This document shows positions 1-6,049 of a stretch of DNA of 9,673 nucleotides, one piece after another. Each line of letters starts with the position of its first letter. Positions within the stretch are counted from its first letter, which is position 1. This DNA comes from Fonticula alba ATCC 38817. Taxonomy: Eukaryota > Protista > Nucleariida. The stretch lies in NCBI GenBank assembly GCA_000388065.2, contig KB932237.1; one strand, 5' to 3'. A program made the translations under genes and the position numbers. The notes beneath the pieces were generated by a model. It was not told the origin of the DNA. It saw only the letters and a program-made list of their open reading frames with translations, and did not search any database.

Positions 1-143
1 CCCCCCCCCCCCCCCACGATGCCTGTCCCGCCCTTCCTCCGACTAATGTTCCCCTGTCTCCCCGCCCCCACCCTCCTGACTCTTGTTATTTTTTGGCGAC
101 CCCGTTGCCCGGCCGGCCGGACGCCCGCCCGCGCCCCGCGCAG
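1..143 (+). other. 3' part of an intron of the paxillin-like gene (5' end outside window)
   Basis: C/T-rich, no AG before the acceptor CGCAG ending at 143. Branch-like GACTAAT (about 42-48) and CTGAC (76-80). Starts with a C15 run. Confidence 0.8.
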
Positions 144-412
144 AACGACGCGGTTCTCAACTCCCTCGAGGACATCCTCAACAGCTTCCAGTCGCAGCTG
201 GAGGCCGGGGCCTTCACCTGCTCCGGCTGCAACAACACCCTCGAGGCCAAGGAGCAGTACACCAGCGCCTCCGACCGGCGCTACCACCAGGCCTGCTTCA
301 AGTGCTTCGTCTGCCAGGCCCCCTTCGCCGACATGTCCTATGTCGAGCACCTGGGCAAGGTGTACTGCGAGGAGGACTTCGCCAAGACCTTCGGGGTTTC
401 CTGCTCCGGCTG
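144..412 (+). CDS. PXN: Paxillin-family LIM protein, internal exon: LD-like motif plus LIM1 and start of LIM2 (gene is 5'-partial)
   Basis: Acceptor CAG|AAC at 143/144 and donor TG|GTACGC at 412/413. Encodes NDAVLNSLEDILNSFQSQLEAGAFT followed by C-x2-C-x18-H-x2-C-x2-C-x2-C-x17-C-x2-D (LIM consensus). Strong G/C-ending codon bias. Confidence 0.9.
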
Positions 413-600
413 GTACGCCCGGCCTTTTCTTTTGCATGCTGCTCCCTGCCATTGCCGTCTGCACATGGGCTGACCGCGTTCGGACTCCCCTCCTGCCTTT
501 TGTGCTCTCCTCCTGCCTTTTGTGCTCTCCTCCTGCCTTTTATACCCCCCTCCCTCCCATCTCCCCTCCCACTCTCCCCTCCCACTCCTCCGCCCTGCAG
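413..600 (+). other. GT-AG intron (188 nt, phase 2) of the paxillin-like gene
   Basis: GTACGC...CTGCAG. Splicing restores TG|C = Cys of LIM2 (SCSGC-KEII) and joins ORF frame 93..473 to frame 83..1423. Confidence 0.9.
490..541 (+). repeat. 20-bp tandem repeat CTCCTGCCTTTTGTGCTCTC, about 2.6 copies, intronic
   Basis: Read directly: units 490-509, 510-529 and partial 530-541. Confidence 0.9.
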
Positions 601-1048
601 CAAGGAGATCATCGTCGGTGAGATGGTCCGGCCGGAGGTGCTCCAGGGCACCGGCCCGGCGATCTCCTTCCACCCGGGGTGCTTCGCCTGCCCGGAGTGC
701 AAGAAGAGCGCCCACGAGGCGTACATCCTGCACGAGGGCCTGCCCTACTGCCCGGAGGATTACCACCGGCTGTTTTCCCCCCGGTGCGACATGTGCGCCG
801 AGGTGCTGGCCGGCTCGGAGCACATTAACTGGGGCGCCTCCCGGGTGCACATGGACTGCTTCAAGTGCGAGACCTGCTCGGTCCCCCTGCACGGCGCCAA
901 GGCCTACCGCATCGACGACCGGCCCTACTGCGAGGTGCATTACCACCTCCTCCGGGGCATCATGTGCGCCGCCTGCGAGTCGCCCATTGTCGGGCCCTGC
1001 CTCAAGGCCATGGAGAAGGACTTCCACCCGGGGTGCTTTGTGTGCGAG
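601..1048 (+). CDS. PXN: Paxillin-family LIM protein, internal exon: LIM2, LIM3 and first half of LIM4
   Basis: Encodes ...FHPGCFACPEC...YCPED, CDMC...HMDCFKCETC...PYCEVHYHLLRGIMCAACESPIVGPCLKAMEKDFHPGCFVCE. The LIM3-LIM4 junction closely resembles animal paxillin as I recall it (PYCEVHYHxxRGxxCxxCxxPIxGxCxxAMxKxFHP). Donor GAG|GTGCGT at 1048/1049. Confidence 0.93.
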
Positions 1049-1134
1049 GTGCGTACTTCCCCGGGGGGCCCTCTTCCTCTCCTCCTGGCTTGCTTGCTAA
1101 TGCCCCCCCCCCTCCCTCCCCCTCGCCTTTGCAG
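1049..1134 (+). other. GT-AG intron (86 nt, phase 0) of the paxillin-like gene
   Basis: GTGCGT donor, GCTAAT branch site at 1096-1101, poly-C tract, TTGCAG acceptor. Splicing restores the LIM4 CxxC (FVCE|TC). Confidence 0.92.
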
Positions 1135-1218
1135 ACCTGCAAGGAGCCCCTCAGCGGGACATTCGCCCAGGTGGGCGGCACCATTGCCCGGTGCCATCCG
1201 TGCAATGATTCGGCGTAA
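1135..1218 (+). CDS. PXN: Paxillin-family LIM protein, terminal exon: end of LIM4
   Basis: TCKEPLSGTFAQVGGTIARCHPCNDSA, stop TAA at 1216-1218. Completes LIM4 with a terminal C-x2-C. The last ligands of LIM1-4 are D, D, H, C, as in paxillin. Confidence 0.9.
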   Translation, partial: TCKEPLSGTFAQVGGTIARCHPCNDSA

Positions 1219-1494
1219 GGATGCGCGCGTGCGATGGGGGCAGTCTCCCCCCTCGCCGTTGTGCTCCTCTCCCTCCCCCCCCCCCTCTGCTCGGGGGCGA
1301 TGCCGGGTTTCCTATGATGTCTGCGCCTGCGCCGAGCCTCTTCCCTTTTACTCGAAAAAACAACTCCCCAAACAATGCACACCCATGTGTCGTCTATGTT
1401 CGCTTGGCTGTCCTCGGGGTTGATACTGGGGTGCGTGGGGAAGGGAGGGGGGGAGGGGGGGCCGTCGGGCGCCGAGGCGGCCGGCGCCGGGCGC

Positions 1495-1721
1495 TCAGGC
1501 GTCACCATACAGCAGGAAGCTGTCCACCAGGGACTCGGCATCCTGCGGCCGGCCCAGCAGCGCCCGGAGGCAGGTGGCCGCTTGCTCCAGGTGGTATAGC
1601 AATGTCAGGGCCAGGCGCAGGCTGACGCGGCAGGTGAGCACCGGCTGGCGCGGGCCGGCCGCCAGCCAGGTATCGGCCGTTCGCCGGGCCGCCTCGCCGG
1701 CGGCATACTGCAGTCGGAGGG
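1495..1721 (-). CDS. UBE3D: Terminal exon of UBE3D/Ipa1-like (HECT_2 family) gene
   Basis: Acceptor GTGCCAG| at 1722/1721 is phase 1, matching the donor at 3899/3898. Encodes (A)LRLQYAAGEAARRTADTWLAAGPRQPVLTCRVSLRLALTLLYHLEQAATCLRALLGRPQDAESLVDSFLLYGDA, stop TGA. Nearly all codons end in G/C. Resembles the recalled UBE3D C-terminus (AVKVLY...W...HPLTL...CLELLLILSKSNANL...AFL). Confidence 0.75.
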
Positions 1722-1725
1722 CTGG

Positions 1726-1876
1726 CACACGCATACGCACGCACACACACACACACGCGTGTTCGCATATCCGCGTGTTCGCATATACACACGTATACAC
1801 GCAAATGCACACATATACACGCAAATGCACACGCAAATGCACACACGTACACACGCAAATGCACACACGTACACAC
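1726..1876. repeat. Compound CA-rich micro/minisatellite
   Basis: (CA)n, two copies of CGCGTGTTCGCATAT (1756-1770, 1772-1786) and four copies of ACGCAAATGCAC between about 1799 and 1864. Runs into the gap. Confidence 0.9.
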
Positions 1877-1886
1877 NNNNNNNNNN
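1877..1886. other. Assembly gap (10 N)
   Basis: N run between a CA repeat and a C11 run. Confidence 1.
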
Positions 1887-1920
1887 CCCCCCCCCCCGAC
1901 ACCGCGCACTCACGCCCCAG

Positions 1921-2407
1921 CCTGGCCCAGATGTACTCCATGGAGCGCAAGATGCTCTCGTACCTGTCCTCGGTGGGGTACTACTCGGCGCAGATTCCCC
2001 GGCTCGAGGAAGACCGCCGGCGGCCCTTCTACTTCCCCCCGGTGGCCGGGGTCAATGTGTCCAACATCTACGACACCGGCGGGTCCTACATCCCGGAGAT
2101 GTCGGACGAGGACACCGACAACGAGTACGAGTACTACCTGAGCAGCGACAGCGAGGCCGGCGAGGACGACCCGGAGGACAGCGAGCCGCGCGTGCTCGAC
2201 ACCCCGGAGGCCCGGGCCGTTCGCGAGGCCGAGCTTCGCCAGCGCCTGCGCGACCGCGAATACAACCTCCCCGTGTGGGAGGGCGGCAAGACCCAGGACC
2301 AGCTGGTGGATCTGGCGGCGCTGGACTCGCTGACCCTGCGGATGTTGAATCTGACCTCCAGCCGGGGGCGGAAATCACGCCGCCTGGCCCCGTCCAACCC
2401 CATCCCC
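1921..2407 (+). CDS. Coding exon of an unidentified protein with an acidic/Tyr-rich segment, antisense to and inside the UBE3D-like intron
   Basis: Very strong G/C-ending codon bias and a complex, protein-like sequence (MYSMERKMLSYLSSVGYYSAQIPRLEEDRRRPFYFPP...EMSDEDTDNEYEYYLSSDSEAGEDD...). Branch-like ACTCAC at 1908-1913 with acceptor CCCCAG at 1920, or an ATG start at 1931. Donor CCC|GTGAGT at 2407/2408 (phase 0). Confidence 0.8.
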
Positions 2408-2558
2408 GTGAGTGTCCGGTGATACCCCTACCCCCCTGCACGCGCGCCCCCCATTAATAGACCCTGCCCTGTGGCGCCTGGCGCACGTGTGCGTGTGCGT
2501 GTCCCCGTCCGCGCCTGTCCGGGCGTGTTTGCGGTGTGCTCTGTGCGCGCGCGCCCAG

Positions 2559-2612
2559 GACCCTAATTTGTGGGTGCATTCCATTGCCGGCCGGTGGGAA
2601 TTCCTGGGCTGG
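2559..2612 (+). CDS. Candidate small next exon of the + strand unknown gene (DPNLWVHSIAGRWEFLGW)
   Basis: CCCAG|GAC acceptor in phase 0 after a UG-rich tract. Weak donor GTACAT at 2613, otherwise the frame reads to TAG at 2658-2660. A competing acceptor with a better pyrimidine tract ends at 2705. Confidence 0.35.
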
Positions 2613-2916
2613 GTACATGGCGGCCGGGCGCCGGGGGAGGGCCGCGGGCGCCCTGGCTAGGCGCCCGGGTTTCCTTTTCTCCCGGCCATGTCCCCCCGCC
2701 CGCAGGGGGGTCGCCGGGAGCGCCCGCAGACGGCGTCAGGCCTGGGGATTCTACCGGCAAGAAGGGGGGGCGCGCGCGGCGCACATGCGCGCGCATCGTT
2801 GGCGCCGGTCCCCGCCGAGTCCGTGCGGTGGGGCAATGTTTGGTGTTGTCTTGTGGGGAGCCCCGGCCGGGGGCGGGTTGGGAGGCGGCCCGTTGAACCG
2901 CGTCTCCGGGCACATG

Positions 2917-3161
2917 TCACCGGGGGTCGGGCTGCCGCCCACAATCGGCGCTACGCCGCCCCCGGCCGGCTCCGGCAGCGAACAGATGCATCGTCGCCGC
3001 TCGCGTTGGGGCGCCCCCTTCCTGGAAGGGGAGGGGTGCCGGGAGATCCGCCCCTCGCGAGCCCCTGGCCCTGGAGGCGGTGCTGGCGGCGGGGGCGGCT
3101 GCGGCGGGGGCGGCGGCGGGGGCGGCGGCGGGGGCGGCGACGGGGGCGGCTACCTCCGCCG
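2917..3161 (-). CDS. Possible C-terminal coding fragment emerging from the gap (AEVAAPVAAPAAAPAAAP...QPDPR-stop)
   Basis: Ala/Pro repeat style matches other proteins in the window and most codons end in G/C. The in-register + frame (EPLALEAVLAAGAAAAG...) looks equally plausible, so strand is uncertain. Confidence 0.3.
3085..3150. repeat. Imperfect 12-bp GGCGGCGGCGGG / (GGC)n repeat
   Basis: Read directly, just before the large gap. Confidence 0.8.
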
Positions 3162-3746
3162 NNNNNNNNNNNNNNNNNNNNNNNNNNNNNNNNNNNNNNN
3201 NNNNNNNNNNNNNNNNNNNNNNNNNNNNNNNNNNNNNNNNNNNNNNNNNNNNNNNNNNNNNNNNNNNNNNNNNNNNNNNNNNNNNNNNNNNNNNNNNNNN
3301 NNNNNNNNNNNNNNNNNNNNNNNNNNNNNNNNNNNNNNNNNNNNNNNNNNNNNNNNNNNNNNNNNNNNNNNNNNNNNNNNNNNNNNNNNNNNNNNNNNNN
3401 NNNNNNNNNNNNNNNNNNNNNNNNNNNNNNNNNNNNNNNNNNNNNNNNNNNNNNNNNNNNNNNNNNNNNNNNNNNNNNNNNNNNNNNNNNNNNNNNNNNN
3501 NNNNNNNNNNNNNNNNNNNNNNNNNNNNNNNNNNNNNNNNNNNNNNNNNNNNNNNNNNNNNNNNNNNNNNNNNNNNNNNNNNNNNNNNNNNNNNNNNNNN
3601 NNNNNNNNNNNNNNNNNNNNNNNNNNNNNNNNNNNNNNNNNNNNNNNNNNNNNNNNNNNNNNNNNNNNNNNNNNNNNNNNNNNNNNNNNNNNNNNNNNNN
3701 NNNNNNNNNNNNNNNNNNNNNNNNNNNNNNNNNNNNNNNNNNNNNN
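3162..3746. other. Assembly gap (585 N)
   Basis: N run between a GGC repeat and (CA)42. Confidence 1.

Positions 3747-3830
<84 letters not shown>
3747..3830. repeat. (CA)42 microsatellite, truncated by the gap
   Basis: 84 nt of perfect CA. Confidence 0.98.
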
Positions 3831-3834
<4 letters not shown>

Positions 3835-3898
3835 GTCGCCAGTAGGGAGGGGGGTTAGCGCGGGCCGAAACCCCAAGGAGCCAGAGCGCATTGCGTAC

Positions 3899-5609
3899 CG
3901 GGGAACAGACGCTGGGCCCGGGTGTCGGCCTCCTCGGCCAGCAGCATTGTCTGGTGGTGGATCACCTGGATGGCCAGGACCGGGGCCCGGGAGGGGGGAC
4001 GGGCGCCCGGCTGGCCGGCATCCCCGGCAGCCAGGAAGGCCAGGGGCAAGTCCACCAGGAGGCACAGGCGCGAGGCGGTCGGCGGCCCGGCGCGCGACTC
4101 GTACAGCACCCCGCTCAGCCAGCAGGCCAGGCGCTGGGCCACGGCCGGGTCGTGGTCCTCGGGCTGGGCCCCGGCCCGCAGGTACCCATCCAGGCACCAT
4201 GCCAGCAGGGTGTCATCGCGCGCCGCCGGGCCGGGCCAGCGGGCCGGGGCGGCCGACTCGGCCAGCTGCCGGAGGAGCCCGGGCGTGGCGGCCGCCACGG
4301 CCGCTGCCGCGGGCCCGCCAGCCCGGTGGTCGGCCGGCTCCGGCCCGGCCGACGCGCAGTCCGGCCGGCCCCAGCACGTCGACAGGAAGGCGAGGCTCCA
4401 CCCGCCGGGGGCCACCTCCGGCCAGTGGGCCGGGTCCGCCTGGCGGTCGGCGGCTTCCGGGCCAAAGTGCGCCAGGGCCCGGGGGGCCGCCCGGCCGAGG
4501 CACTCGCCGCATGCCCGACAAAAGAGCCCCGGCTGCCAGGGGGCCTGGGCATCCTCCCCCGGGGCAGGGTCCCCGGCCGGCCAGGCGTCATGCCCGGGCT
4601 CCTGCCGGCCATGGGCCGCCGGGTCAAGCAGGACATCCTCCTCCGGGGGGTCATCCTCGGAGCCGGAGTCCGTGGCAAAGCCCCAGTCGGCCGGCGGGAG
4701 GATCGCCTCCGCCGGCCGGGCCGCCACCAGGTCCCAGTGGTCCAGGGCCTCGTCGGCGGCCCCGGGGTCGGCATCGGGCGGCGGCGGCGGCGGCGCCTCG
4801 CCCGGGGCCAACGGCCGCAGGCGGACCAGCGTCCGCCCGGGGAGCAGGGCCCCCGGCGCCAGGCGCACATACCGCCGGCACAGCGACACCAGGCCCAGGG
4901 TGCTGTGGGGCCGGCCGGCGCGCAGGGCCGCCTCGAACCCATCGTCCACATCGAGACTCGGGCAGCCGCAGTGGTGCCCGGGGCCCGGGGCGTCGGCCTG
5001 GCTGCCGTCGCCGCCGTCGCCGCCGCCGCCGCCGCCGCCGCCCCCATGCGCCGAGAAGGTCTGGCACAGTTCCACCGGGACCAGGGTCAGCCCGGGCAGG
5101 GTGATCGGGGCCCGGCAGGCGCCGCATGCGGCCCCCTCGGCGGACTGCCCGATGGAGTTGGCCAGCTCCGAATGCAGGCCAAGCATGTGCCCGGGGAAGC
5201 CCCGGGGCTCGGGGGCCGTGCCCCCGGGGACCGGCTGCCCGGGATACAGCTCCGGCGTGGGCCGGCCGCAGGCCGAGCCGCCGGCCGGGCCGGTTGCCGA
5301 GTACTCCGGCGCCACGCCGCCCCCGAGCAGGGCCCGGCCCAGGCGCCACGGGGCGGCCAGGTCCGGCACGGCCGGCTGCCAGCCGCCCCCGGCCGCCGAC
5401 AGCAGGGCGACGGCCGGGCGCGAGTCCGGCCCCGGGGGCAGGCAGCTTGCCCGCAGGGCTCCGGGCTCGGAGCAGAAGCGCCTGGCCTCGGCGGCCAGCT
5501 GCTCCAGCTGCGGGGCCCCGGGGGCCGGCCGGCCGGCCTGCAGGCGGACCTGGCCCAGGCGCACGAGCCACTCCCCGGTGAGGCGGGCCTCGGGCGTGTG
5601 TGTGGGCAT
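3899..5609 (-). CDS. UBE3D: First coding exon of UBE3D/Ipa1-like (HECT_2 family) protein, 645 aa when joined to 1721..1495
   Basis: ATG at 5609 (MPTHTPEARLTGEWLVRLGQV...). Family landmarks appear in the expected order: CGAC (5126-5115), LTLVPVELCQTFSAH in place of LPSxxWxExxxxWxCH, CRACGECLG (4520-4494) matching CxxCxxxLG, and hydrophobic LAIQVIHHQT before the LRLQY motif. Recognised from recalled family motifs, no search run. Confidence 0.7.
5004..5045. repeat. (GCC)n coding repeat giving a poly-Gly insert (GGGGGGGGGDGGDG)
   Basis: Read directly, within the UBE3D-like exon. Confidence 0.85.
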
Positions 5610-6049
5610 CGGGGCGTGTGTGTGTGTGTGTGTGGGGGGGGGGAAGTGCGGATCGAGCGGGGCGGGCGAGAGTCGGGAGGCGAGAGTCGGGAGGGGGGGA
5701 GAAGGGGCGTCGGGGGGAGGGGGATTGCCCAATCCGCCGGGACCCGGGCGCCCGGCCGATCTCGGTGCCCCTTGGGTGTGCAGCCGGCCGCCCCCCGCCG
5801 GCCCGAAGCCGGGGCAGCAACCACAGGGGGGGGGCAACGCCGGCCGGCGCGCCCCGCCGCCCATCCAGTGATGGCGGGAGGGGGTGATCGTGTGCTGGGT
5901 GTGTATTTTTCGCGGGGGCCCCGCACGCGGGCGCGTCCGGGGGGCGACGCCGCCGCCGGCCCAAAGTGCACGCGATGGCGTGCGAGCGCATCGGGCGGCG
6001 CGCGCCCCCCGGCCATCTCGGTTAAGCGTGCGGGTCCAGCACCGGCGGT
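5610..6049 (-). promoter_or_regulatory. Intergenic spacer: 3' UTR of the upstream gene and putative promoter/5' UTR of the UBE3D-like gene
   Basis: Codon bias is lost. Contains a short (GT)n, poly-G, 2x GGCGAGAGTCGGGA (5665-5692) and the dyad GGATTG-CC-CAATCC (5722-5735). Function is inferred from position only. Confidence 0.45.

Larger units (their letters stand above)
1722..3898 (-). other. Predicted last intron of the UBE3D-like gene (2177 nt as scaffolded, spans both gaps)
   Basis: Donor CCCG|GTACGC is the same hexamer used by the paxillin intron. TG-rich sense repeats lie at both ends. The splice phase is compatible and the protein reads continuously (RLFP-A-LRLQY). Confidence 0.65.

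Noticed and set aside
83-1423. Single 446-aa ORF as the LIM gene
   Set aside because: It reads through introns. Only 601-1048 of this frame is coding, and spliced exons in three segments give four complete LIM domains.
1708-1710. CTGCAG at 1713-1708 (minus) as the acceptor of the terminal exon
   Set aside because: It is phase 0, incompatible with the phase-1 donor at 3899, and it would remove LRLQ from the family-like LRLQY motif. It would only be viable if an extra exon hides in the gap.
1797-1864. GCAAATGC units as octamer (ATGCAAAT) sites
   Set aside because: The units read CGCAAATG, not the octamer, and are parts of a satellite.
1574-1930. N-terminal part of ORF 1574..2422 as coding
   Set aside because: It is antisense to the UBE3D-like terminal exon, then runs through CA repeats and an N-gap.
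2986-3012. MHRRRSRWG resembling a U2AF-ligand (ULM) motif of SF1/SF3B1
   Set aside because: A short motif in an unsupported frame of GC-rich sequence with no KH domain or other context.
2536-5104. ORFs spanning the N-gap with HT/CV dipeptide runs
   Set aside because: Artefacts of translating through Ns and (CA)n.
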